From a virus (taxonomy: Duplodnaviria > Caudoviricetes), in the IMG/VR virus record IMGVR_UViG_3300046615_000768, positions 15,817 through 79,816 of that record: DNA of 64,000 nt. The stretch is one strand, 5' to 3'. This document shows, one piece after another, positions 48,201-57,300 of this stretch (the first letter of the stretch is position 1; the number at the start of each line of letters is the position of its first letter). The notes under the pieces were generated by a model, which saw only the letters and a program-made list of their open reading frames with translations, searched no databases and was not told the DNA's origin. The position numbers were made by a program, and so were the translations under genes.

Positions 48201-48662
48201 GCCGTCGAGGTGGTCAAGGCCACGTCGGCAGTCTATACGAGCCAGGCGCAGCTCGCCCTGCAGGCCGGGGAGGCGAACCTGAAGATGGCGATGACGGCGG
48301 CCGAGACGGCGCAAGCATCCCTGCGCGCGGCCGGCCAGTTGTCCGGCCAGCTCGCCGCCGCGGCCCTGTCGGCACGCAGCGTTCACGCCTCGATCTCCGC
48401 GTCCGACTCGAACAGCGCCGTCAACAGCGCAAGCAACTCGGCGTCGAACTCGGCAAGCAATTCGAGCGTCAACAGCTCCAGCAACAGCAGCTCGAACAGC
48501 TCGGCGAACGCAGCGACGAACTCGTCCTCGAACAGCAGCAGCAACGCGTCGTCGAACTCGTCGAGCAACAGCTCGTCGAACGCGGGCGTCAACACGGCGA
48601 ACAACTCGTTCTCGCAGAGCTTGACCGACAACATCTCCGACATCACCACTCACCGGGAATAA
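42231..48662 (+). CDS. 2143-aa virion protein with paired repeat arrays
   Basis: GGAG RBS; 27 x 19-aa Pro-rich and 27 x 35-aa helical repeats; Ser/Asn tail. Confidence 0.85.
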   Translation: MAGRIGGGFTPVGPVAPATAAGPAPGADPARPADPARPADAAKPAEPATAVDQAPWIEGRATGVVEGYMSSSQSLAEEAHREAMRAITELGMFQANLPFLGMPNIPIPEVPLEPLGQAPVEPDNLVAAFPSAPTAPQIGTLPAIEVGPAPEFNVATPFLLDIPLPDPLAAVPPTAPVLTPVPVPSALTATVPTAPTLADVPAPDAFTAQVPDSPVITAPDMPTPLSANLPGAPSLSQLQAPSNLSVSAPAAPQINVVPVPGALDATLPAAPTLAALDAPSPLASTLPSAPQRNVVPVPGALAAEAPGALTLNEVPVPAPLTATAPQAPTLNAIVVPDPLAATLPSVPTLSELVQPSPLDAQLPVAPDQTAVAVPQPLQASAPLVPNLVEPDRPAPLAAVLPQAPQLTPVDVPAAFDASLPGLPVLNDPSAPSPLAIDAPLPPQLSAIAAPSSLAVNLPGAPVLDQFAVPAALAVDAPAAPELATIAAPAPLNATLPGAPTLSQFAVPTPFDTPAPVAPELAVIAVPGAITTALPDAPVLDQFAAPAALALDAPVAPELATPAVPAPLDATVPGAPTLSQFAVPTPFDTAAPVAPELSVIAVPGALTTALPDAPLLAEIPAPSPFDLAPPEVPQLAAIAVPAPLDATLPTAPVVNEIETPAPLDAALPAAPQLADVVLPLEPDFVFPSVPTMAGLNLPDVPILDLPLYNDTLRAGPDAPDTNFTWAEVEYNTTLLGTMNSRLVELVNGATTGLDPVVEQAIWNRGRDRQALITQRGVEEATRLFAGRGFKIPGGTLVRIVQQAVQEGMNADSDLSRDVMIKQAELEQANFQFAFNLAMQLESRLIEHYNSVQTRSLDAAKFTVASAIDLFNARISLFQADVQAFSAKAEVFKTRLQAALAQLDIYKAELEGQKLIGEINSQAVAVYTAQIDAVKSMADVYRTRVDAVKVRIEADASKVEMYRAQLAGFESQVRAKSSEYEGYATRVKAELTKVEMFSAQLAGYDSQVKAKSSEYEGYKHQVDAQNIKGDLYKSQMMGFDSMVKAKGQEFENYANLSRNELNKVEAYRAELLGFDSAVKAKGQEYANYEAQTRAEGIKADLYRADVAGFEAQVRAKGQEYENYANLTRAELNKVEAFRAELLGFDSLVKAKGQEYTNYEAQARAELTKVEAYRAAVSAFEAQVRAKGQEYENFNILSKTELNKLEVYRAELLGYDSAVKAKGQEVATYEAQTRAESVKADLYRADVAGFEAQVRAKGQEYENYANLSKNELNKIEAFRAELLGFDSLVKAKGQEYQNYEAQTRAELTKVEAFRAAVAAFEAQVRAKGQEYENFNILSKTELNKLEVYRAELLGVDSVIKAHGQEVASYEAQTRAEGVKADLYRAEVAGYEATVRAKGQEYENFATLSKNELNKVEVFRAALLGFDSLVKAKGQEYQNYEAQARAQAVNADFYRAEIAGFEAQVAAKRAEYEHYTQQATVDARKVDLYRAEIAGFEAQIRAKESEYAAYKAQVDAQMVMAEIYKASLAGFDSQVRAKIAEFDNFKTLSQVQLNIVEVYKAELVGYEAQVKAKGQEYQNYEAQTRAEGIKADLFRAEVAGFDSQVGAKRAEYENYSQQVRAELNKVEAYRAMLSGFEAQIKAKEVEFSGYEAQNRAQTVDAEIYKAQISGFDAEVRAKSAEYEQFATLSKTQLNEIEVYRAQLLGFDSQVKAKGQEYGNYEAQARAEAVKADIYRAEIAGFEAQVKAKSAEFENFATLTRAELNKIEAFKAELLGFDSQVRAKGQEYAHYEVQYKGEALKAEVFRNQLAGFETMVRAKAAEYEAYRSRIQAELSKIEVYKGQLMGFEAQVKAKDSEFSNYEQRVRAELVHSEIYRNQLLGFDSLVKAKATEYEAYGTRVKAEAIKVDMFGQEVGAFKSRTDAYGMLVNAKLGQANLNFKQSAEYPLEVFKSQVQGYQSGVAAEAERLRANATLFDTRVKAYAATENTHNEHTRAAVEVVKATSAVYTSQAQLALQAGEANLKMAMTAAETAQASLRAAGQLSGQLAAAALSARSVHASISASDSNSAVNSASNSASNSASNSSVNSSSNSSSNSSANAATNSSSNSSSNASSNSSSNSSSNAGVNTANNSFSQSLTDNISDITTHRE
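42723..44261 (+). repeat. 27 x 57-nt (19-aa, PxPLxAxLPxAPxLxxxxx) coding repeat
   Basis: Counted by hand, no indels (1539 nt). Confidence 0.9.
45126..47960 (+). repeat. 27 x 105-nt (35-aa, GF(D/E)xxV(K/R)AKxxEY...Yxxxxx) coding repeat
   Basis: Counted by hand, no indels (2835 nt). Confidence 0.9.
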
Positions 48663-48665
48663 ACC

Positions 48666-51332
48666 ATGGGCATTATCGAAGACGAATACAACCGGGCCAA
48701 CGGGCAGGGCCCGGCGCGCAATCCGGGTGTGCCGCTGCGCCCATCGGCGCCGCAGCCAGGCACCCCACCCGCACCGAACCCGACGGCCACGCACCCGCTG
48801 CGCGCCGCCGCGCCGGTGGGCGAGTCACTCGGCCAGACCGTGAACGGCCGCGCAGGCCCGCCGGCTCCGTCGCCGGTGCGCACTGCGATCGAAGGGCAGC
48901 CGGCCCCGAACCTGGGGCAAACCGTCGCCGAGCGCGTCCCGCAAGGCCCGCAGCTGCCACCGGAACAGCATCCATTGCGCACCGGCGCACCGGCCGGCCC
49001 GAACCTGGGGCAGACCGTGGCCGACCGTGCCGCGGGCAGCGTGCGCGCCGCCGCCCAGCAGGCGACTGCTGCACCGGGCAATGTGTTCGACAAGCTCAAC
49101 GCCGCCCAGCTGCGTTATGGCGACGGCACCCTGCCGAACCAGACCCTGGCCGAGACGATCAAGGGCCGTGTCCCGGCGCCGCCTTATAACGGTGCGCCAC
49201 CAGTGGCCGGCGCCCCGCCTGCGACCGCAGCTGCAGGCGGCGTCGGGGCGCCGCCACCAGGCACCCCGCCTGGCACCGCAGGCGGTCCCAGCTTCGCCAG
49301 CCGCGCCGGTAAAGCCATCGGCGACGCCGCGCGTGCGGCCATGCCGCAAGGCTCGGGCGCCGTCCTCGACGGCGGCACCGCGCTCGGCAAGGCGGTCGGC
49401 AGCGTGGCCAAGAAGGCCCTGCCATGGGTCGAGCCGGTGCACGAGGCGATCAACGTGGCGCGCGTGGCAAACGATCCGAAGGCCACCGCCGGCGACGTGG
49501 TCCAGCAGGCCGTCGAAGGCACCGGCCGCTGGGGCAGCACCGTGGGCGGCGCAACGCTCGGCGGCGCCGCCGGCGCATTGGTTGGTGGCCCGGCCGCACC
49601 CGCCACCGCCTTCATCGGTGGCGTGGCCGGTGGTATCGCCGGCTACATGGGTGGCGACGCAGCCGTCAACAAGCTGCGCAGCGTGTTCGGCCTCGGCGAC
49701 AAGAGCCCGATCGAGAAAACCGAGGAGCGCCGCCAGGCCGACGTGCGGGCGCAGGCGAAACTGCCGGCGATCTCGGAACCAGTCGTGCAGCCACCAAAGC
49801 TGCCAGGGGCCGCGCCGGCCACCATCGCGGCCGCCGCACCTGGCGCCGGTCCGGCGCGCACTGCGGCCGATACCCCCCAGCGCGGTGCGCCGACCGTCTC
49901 CCCGATCGCGCAGCAGCTGGCCGCGCTCCAGGCGCAGCAGGACGCCAGCCCGATCGCGCACACGACCATCGGCGGCGCCGGCAGCCAGGTGACTTACAAG
50001 GACGGCAGCATGAGCCCGCTGCTGCCGGGCCAGGCGATCCCGGACGACGTGGCTCAGTTCAACGCCTTGCACCAGCGCATGAACGCGCTGCGCAACGGCA
50101 CGCCGATGCCCGAGGATATGGGGGCACCGGCCGCGGCTGCTGGGCGCACCGTCCAGGCCTCGGCGCCGGCCAACATGCGCCCGGCGCAGCAGATGCTGCA
50201 CGCCGAAGCGGTCAATCAGGGCTACGACCCGATGCGCGCCATGATGATCAGCTCGATCGAGACTGGTGGCAAGTTCGACGCCGCGGCCAAGAACCCGAAA
50301 AGCTCCGCGTTCGGGCTTGTCCAGATGACGAAGGCCAACCGCGACAGCTACGGCCTGAGCCCGGAACAATGGGCCGATCCCGCGGTCCAGGCGCGCACCG
50401 GCATCGACTTCATGAAGAAGACGGACGCACAGCTGACCAATTCGCTCGGGCGCGCACCGACCCCGGCCGAGTCGTACATGGGGCACCTGTTCGGCCCGGC
50501 CGGCGCGACCAGCGTCCTGAGCGCCGACCCGAACCAGAAGATGCTCGACGTGGTGCGCTCGTATGACCCGAAGAACGCCAACGCCATCGTCAACAACAAC
50601 GGCTTCAAAGGCCTGACCGTCGGGCAGGCAGTGAACAAGCTGACCAAGATGACCGACGACCACATGAGCCGGATCAGCGGCGCCGGACAGCAGGGCGGCG
50701 GCCTGCTTGCCGCAGCGGCAACAGGCGTCGTCCCGCAGGTGGAAACCGGCGTGAACAACCCGGTGCACATCATCAAGGGCATGGCCCAAGGCATGGCCGT
50801 CCCGACCGCCTCCGGCTACGTCGAAATGCCGAAGGAGGTCTACGACGCCGCACGCCGCTCCCCGACCGGCTTTGCGCAGAACGGACTCGTGAACAACTAC
50901 CTCGACGGCCTCGCGCAGAACGCCGGTTTCCGCTCCAACCCGGTATCGGCCGAACTGGCCAAGGAAGCGGTGCGCGGCCAGTACCAGAACCAGGGGCAGG
51001 AGATCCAGGGCCGGTACGGGGTGCAGCAGCAGGGAATCTCCGCAGCGGGCCACCTGGCGGCCGCCGAGGTGGCAGCCAACGCCGACCACAACAAGATCAC
51101 CGTCATCGGCGGCGGCGATGCGATCGACCCGGTCACGAAGATGCCGATCAAGCAGCCGCAGCAAGGCGTCTACATGAAGGACGGCGTGCCGACCCCGGTC
51201 GAGCTGCCGAAGGCCAAGCCAAGCGAGCAGGAAGCACACGCGCAGGCGCGCGCTGCGATCGCCGGCAAGGCCAACAAGGACGAGGTCAACGCGCGTCTGG
51301 TGGCCAACGGCTACAAACCACTCCCCAACTAA
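48666..51332 (+). CDS. Internal virion/ejection protein with lytic transglycosylase (SLT-like) domain
   Basis: IETGGKFDAAAKNPKSSAFGLVQM ... Y..H.FG motif (about 50215-50640); Pro-rich N-terminus; glycine-zipper region. Confidence 0.8.
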   Translation: MGIIEDEYNRANGQGPARNPGVPLRPSAPQPGTPPAPNPTATHPLRAAAPVGESLGQTVNGRAGPPAPSPVRTAIEGQPAPNLGQTVAERVPQGPQLPPEQHPLRTGAPAGPNLGQTVADRAAGSVRAAAQQATAAPGNVFDKLNAAQLRYGDGTLPNQTLAETIKGRVPAPPYNGAPPVAGAPPATAAAGGVGAPPPGTPPGTAGGPSFASRAGKAIGDAARAAMPQGSGAVLDGGTALGKAVGSVAKKALPWVEPVHEAINVARVANDPKATAGDVVQQAVEGTGRWGSTVGGATLGGAAGALVGGPAAPATAFIGGVAGGIAGYMGGDAAVNKLRSVFGLGDKSPIEKTEERRQADVRAQAKLPAISEPVVQPPKLPGAAPATIAAAAPGAGPARTAADTPQRGAPTVSPIAQQLAALQAQQDASPIAHTTIGGAGSQVTYKDGSMSPLLPGQAIPDDVAQFNALHQRMNALRNGTPMPEDMGAPAAAAGRTVQASAPANMRPAQQMLHAEAVNQGYDPMRAMMISSIETGGKFDAAAKNPKSSAFGLVQMTKANRDSYGLSPEQWADPAVQARTGIDFMKKTDAQLTNSLGRAPTPAESYMGHLFGPAGATSVLSADPNQKMLDVVRSYDPKNANAIVNNNGFKGLTVGQAVNKLTKMTDDHMSRISGAGQQGGGLLAAAATGVVPQVETGVNNPVHIIKGMAQGMAVPTASGYVEMPKEVYDAARRSPTGFAQNGLVNNYLDGLAQNAGFRSNPVSAELAKEAVRGQYQNQGQEIQGRYGVQQQGISAAGHLAAAEVAANADHNKITVIGGGDAIDPVTKMPIKQPQQGVYMKDGVPTPVELPKAKPSEQEAHAQARAAIAGKANKDEVNARLVANGYKPLPN

Positions 51333-51343
51333 GCGGATAACAC

Positions 51344-54300
51344 ATGAGCATGTTCGACGATCTGGTCCCGGGCAACAAGAAAACCGGCATGTTTGAAGAC
51401 CTTGTGCCGCCCGAGCCAAGCACGGCGAGCCAGGTCGCGCGCCGCATCCCTGACCTCGCCGTCACCGGCGTCAAGGCAGCGATCAGCGTGCCCGAGTCGA
51501 TCGTCGGCCTTGCCGATCTCGTCACCGGCGGCCGTGCAGGCAAGGCCGTCGAAGAGGCCGGTATCGGCTTCAAGCAGACCAAGGAAGGCCTCGACACGCT
51601 CTATTCGGACGCGCAGAAGCAGGCCAACGCCGAAGTGAACGAGGCCAAGGGGTTCGTCCCGACCGTCGGTGCGATGGTGCAAAACCCGTCCACCATCCTG
51701 CACGCCGCCATCGAATCGGTGCCGTCGATGTTCCTCGGCGGCGCGATCGGCCGTGGCGTCATGGCCGCGGCCGGCGCGAAAGCCGGCGCGGTCGCTGGCG
51801 ATGCCCTCGCCGAAGGCGCCGCTGCAGCCGTCCCGCGGATCGGCTCGACTGCCGCCGGTGCCATCGGTGAGGGCGTCGTCGCGGCAGGCCAGAACGCCGA
51901 GCAGATCCGCCAGCAGAACCCGGAGGGCGACCTGTCGCTGCGCCAGGCGGCCATCACCGCGCTGTCGGGCGCAGCCACGGGCGGGCTCAGCCTCGCCGGC
52001 GGTCGCATCGCCAACAAGCTCGGCATCGGCGACGTGGACACCATGATCACGGCCGGTCGCGCCGGCGCCGTCGGTGGCGAAGCCGTTGACGCGGCAGCAC
52101 GTGCTGCGGCCGAGGCTGCAGCCAAGAAGGGCGTGCTGCGCAAGATCGGCGAAGGCGCCGTGTCCGAGGGCGTGTTCGAGGAAATGCCGCAGTCGTACCA
52201 GGAACAGGTTGCGCAGAACCTGGCCACCGACAAGCCGTGGAACGAAGGCGCCGCCGAAGCGGCAGCGCAGGGCATGCTCGCTGGCGGCCTGATGGGCGGC
52301 GGCGGCAACGTGCTCGCCCACCTGGGCGAGAAGAAGGTCCAGACGAGCAATACCGACGACACCGCGCCCGCTGCCCCGCCAGCCGCCGCGCCCGTCGACC
52401 CGGCACCAGCCGGTCCGACGCTTCCCCCGGCCGGACCGATGGAGAAGGCCGCCTCGCTCGTGCCCCAGCCCGAAGGCGGGAACAAGGTCTTCCCGTTCGG
52501 CGACCTCGCCCTGGCGCAGAAGCAGGCCGATTCGCTGAGCCAGTCGACCGGCATGCCGCACGAAGCGGGCGATCATCCCACCGTGCCCGGCCGCTTCGCC
52601 GCGCAGCCAGTGGCGATCCGCGGCAGCGACCCGCTGTTTACGGCAGAAGCCGAACGGCAAGGCCTCGACCCAGCCATCGCCCAGCTGCTGACCCACGGCC
52701 CGCAGGCCCAGGAGCTGGTCAAGGCCGCCATGGAAGCGAACCCCGGCCTCGATCCGCAAGAGTGGCGCGACCCGGCCGTGCGCGCCCAGCTCGGCGCCGC
52801 CTACCTGAAACGCCAGGTCGGCGAACTCGAAAGCGCGCTGGAACGTCCGCCGACCCCGGCCGAGGCGTACATCGCCCAGCAGGTCGGCGTGCCGACGGCC
52901 GCCTCGATGCTCAATACGCCCGAGCCCGAGCGCGCGATCCCCGTCTCGACCCTCATTCCCGACCCTGCGCAGGAAGACCGTCTGGGCCTGACCGGCATGC
53001 CGATCGGCGCGGCCATCGACTTCCTGACCAAGCAGGCCGACCAGCTTCTCTCCACCTTCAAGGAGCAGGGCAATGCAAACCTGGACACCGGAGTTCAAGG
53101 CGCTGGATCAGGAGACGGTGGATCTCGTGCTGGAGCAGGAATGGGTGACAGCGCAGGAAATGCGGCTGTACCTGGCCAACCAGCTGCCGGAACCGGCGCT
53201 GACGCGGCTGCGCTGCCTGCTGCTGCTGGTAACGCTGGAAATGACCCCGGAAACGCCGGTCCAGTAGCCTCGCCGCGCGTCGTCGTCGGCCCGAGCGAAA
53301 CGGGCTTCCAGAACGTCAACGCCCAGCGTCACCGCGACAAGGCCGACGCACTCGGCGTCACCGGCGAGATCGAGCGCCTGTTCGGCGACGGGCTCACCAT
53401 CAACCAGGTCATGGGCCAGCTGCAGGACAAGGTGCCCGACGTGGGGCGGTCCGACCTGCCGAACTTCGTGAACGGCGTCCGGGCCTCCCTCGGCATCCCC
53501 AACCCGATCTCGCCGGAAGGCAAGGGCGCGTTCGACGCCTGGCGCGCGCAATATAAAGAGCGCCTGGCCAACCCGCCGGCGCCGTCGAACGCCGGCGCGG
53601 CCAAGGTCACGCCGGAATTCATCCAGCCGAAGAACGACATCGACCTGGCCGCGCACGACGCCAGCAATTCGCCGCTGAACGACCGCACGCCGGCCACCCC
53701 GGGCCAGCAGGACGCAAACAACTACAAGGTCGGCCGCACCGAGATCCACGGTCTGAAAATCGGCATCGAGAACCCGAAGGGTTCCACCCGCACCGGATTC
53801 GACCCGGACGGCAAGCCGTGGAGCACGCTGATGACGGGCCACTACGGCCGTTTTACGGGCACCAAGGGCGCCGACGGCGACGCCGTGGACACGTTCATTG
53901 GCGACAACCCCGAGAGCAACAAGGTGTTCGTGGTCGACCAGGTCGACCCGAAGACGGGCAAGTTCGACGAACACAAGGTGCTTTTGGGCGCGAACAGTCA
54001 GCAGGAAGCGTCCGAGCTGTACCACGACAACTACGCCCCGGGCTGGAAGGGCGCCGGCGCGATCACCGAAACCACGCCAGAGGTGCTGAAAACCTGGCTG
54101 AAACAGGGCGACACCACGGCGCCATTCGCCAAGGTGGCCGCACCGGCCGCGGCGCCGCAGGGCCCGCTGGAGGTCGCCAAGCCGGCGCCCGAGGAGACGA
54201 CAGCGGCCGCCAGCAAGGTACAGCAGGCGCCGTACTTCGAGGTCGACGGCCGCACCTACAAGGTCAACAGCGGCACGCAGGGCAAAGAGTCCGTCTGGGC

Positions 54301-57300
54301 CAGCCTTGCCTTGCCCGAAGGCGAACAGGCCCCGGCTGGCAACTTCGGACAAGGCCTCTACGAGTTCGTCGAGCGCGACGGCCAAATGTACAAGGTCGAC
54401 CCGATCGGCGACAACCGCAGCCGCCTGACGCCGGTATCGCTGCGCGACGAGCCGATCTCGCTGCAGGCCCAGCCGGCCCCGGCCGCCACCACGGCAGACG
54501 ACAGCCGGAAGCCGCGCGACGCAGCTGTTAGCTATGCGATCTACGAGGCGACCCGGGCGCAGGAAGATCGAAACCGGCCAGCAATGGACGACGAGGACGC
54601 GGACCTCCACCTGGAGGCCATGCAGACCGCCCTCGAACGTGGCAAGTTCAGCTACGATCGCTTCGCCAGCTCCGATCTTGGCCAGCGCATGGATACCGCC
54701 GCGCTCGTCGGCCTGAAACCGTGGCTCGATAGCGACCCGGCCGGCACCCTGCAAGCGCTGCGGGAGCGCATCGCCACACGCGCCAACGCCAACCAGGCGC
54801 AGGGTACAGCCGAGCCGGCCTCCGCTCCGGTGGCCCAGCCGGCACCTACTTCGCCAGCCGAGCGTTGGAAAGGTGCCACCCCGGACGAGCGCGCGACCCA
54901 GCTACGCGATGCCGGCCGCGAGGACGTGGCCGACATTCTCAACAACGACGAGTGGGAAGACCTGCCGCCGCGCACCCAACAGTCGCTGTCGAGTCTTGCG
55001 GCACCACCGCAGCCGACCGCCGCCCCGGCCAGTTCGCTCGCCGACCTGCTGAAAAACGCCACGCGCCGCAGCAACATCAAGGGCATGGAAGGCGAGCAGG
55101 TCGCCGACCCGATCGCCCAGCAGCTGCTCGGCTCGAAGAAGTTCGATGAATTCGAGCGCGCCATTGCCGACAGCGGCCTGCAGCCGACCGGGGTCATCGG
55201 GGCAGGCGCCAGCTCGATCGTGCTCGACATGGGCGACAAGGTGCTGCGCCTGGGTACTGGTCCGAACGTGAATGTGCCGCGCATCGCCGGCGTGATCCAG
55301 CCGATCGACAGCAATGAGATCGGCGACCTGCGTTACCAGGTCATGCCCAAGGCCGACACCAGCAACATCACCGACGAGGATGTCGCCAAGGTGGCAAAGG
55401 GCCTGCGCGAGCAGGGCTACGAATTCACCGACGCCGGCACCGACAATGTCGGCCGCGTGAACGGCAAGCTGACGGTCATCGACCCGGGCGCAGTGCGCGA
55501 GATCCTGCCGCACGACAAGCCACTGGCCCCCGAGGGCTCCACCAGCTATCGCTACAAGGGACCGCTCGGCTACGTGATGATCGGCGCGCAAGACCATGAC
55601 GGCGCCATGAAGGAAGCCGCGCGCAGCCTGGAGAAGCCGCCGACGATCGACAACCTGCAGGTATGGGATGGTGAGCGCTACGTTCCCGTCGACAGCAAGC
55701 CAGCAGGCCCCACCACGCCTGCCGAAACCGCACCGGCCGCGCCGGAAGCCGAGGCTGGCTTCGACTCCGCCAGGTGGAACAAGGAACGCGACGACCGCAT
55801 CAAGGCCTCGAAGGCCGCGGGCAACCAGCATTTGGACGACCTGCCGCCCTACGTCGAGACGATGCGCGGCAAGCCGTTCTACTACGCCCATGACCCGCAG
55901 GAACGCGGCGTCGTGCGAACCGTCGCCAACACCGGCGACGTGGTCGTGCACTGGAATGACGAGTATTCGGCCAAGAAGAACCTGGCCAGCCAGACCAAGG
56001 ACGGCAAGAAGACGGTGTGGCAGTCCACGCTCGCACCGAGCGACCTAAAAGACTACGTGGTCGGCATGCCCAAGGCAGGCGCCACCACGTCCGCGCCGGC
56101 GACCCCGGAAGATCTAGCGGCCGCACGCCGTGCCGCGGCACTGCCCGACGCGCTCGCTGCACTGGAAGACCTGCGCAAGATCTCCGACCAGGCCAAACAG
56201 GCCGACGCCGCACCGGCCGCGGTGCCAGTGGCGCAAGCCCCGGCAACGCCGCGCACGGCCGCGCACGAGTTGACCCGCGAGCAGTATCGCCAAGCCGAAG
56301 ACCGCGGCCAGGACGGCGGCATCGCCGCGGCCAAGATCAAGCTCGACAAGCAGAACGTCCTGTCCCTGATGAAGGACCACAAGGACCAGATCCCGCTGCT
56401 GGGCAAGCTGATGGGCGCCAAGGGCGGGAAGGACCGCAAGAAGATGGCGGCCGACATCGTGCGGCTGCACCAGCTGGCCAAGGAGCTGGCCGGCGAGACC
56501 GAGGACAGCCTGCTCAAGCGCAAGGCCCCCGAGCTGAAAGCGCTGGCCAAGCGGGTCGGCGTGTACGCCGGCGGCAGCAAGGGCGACATGGCCCAAAGCA
56601 TCATCAAGAAGCGCGACGGCGGGCTGAAGACCTACCAGGACCGCCTGCAGGACCTGAAACACCGTGCGGCCGTCCTCAAGGCCGTGCGCGACGGCAAGAC
56701 TGTGCCGGACGCGGTGCTGGCCGACTACCCGAACATTACCGCCTTCGCCTACGAGCGCGGCACCCCGCAATACCAGACCGCGGTCGACCAGCTGGGCCGC
56801 TCCTACGTGCAGCCGCCGTTCGGCAACGTGCCGAATCTGCTGAAAGGCGTGCGCGCCGACGCGGCCGAGCTGACCGACCCGAAGGAAGCGCAGGTCCTGA
56901 ACGATGTCGCCGACGCTGCCGAGCGCCTGCTGGCCCAGCTCAATACCCTGAGCGACCCCACGTCCGATCAAGGACGCCGCGAGACCGGCGCCGAAGAGCG
57001 CGCCTGGCAGTCGACCCCGTTCGCCGATCGCATCCACACGATGCTGCAGCAGTTGCGCGCCGTCGGCGAGCACGGCATGGCCAACGCCATCGAGTCCGGC
57101 ATGCACAGCGACGCCAAGGCCGGCCGCCTGGACGAGGAAATGGTGGCGTTCCGCGAGGGCAAGGCCGGCGAGACGCTGGCCAAGGCCCAGCCGAACCCGG
57201 CCGCCAGCCAGGAGAAGGTGCACGAGTACGACCCGGAGGAAGCGAAACCGCTGCTCTTGATTGCCTGCGGCGAGAAGAAACTCGAAGGCAGGCACAAGGC

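Noticed and set aside
40119-48794. 2891-aa minus-strand ORF (also 36397..40158, 58673..63484, 48825..51419, 24443..26392)
   Set aside because: Antisense shadows of GC3-biased plus-strand genes; Arg/Gly-rich with no motifs or RBS
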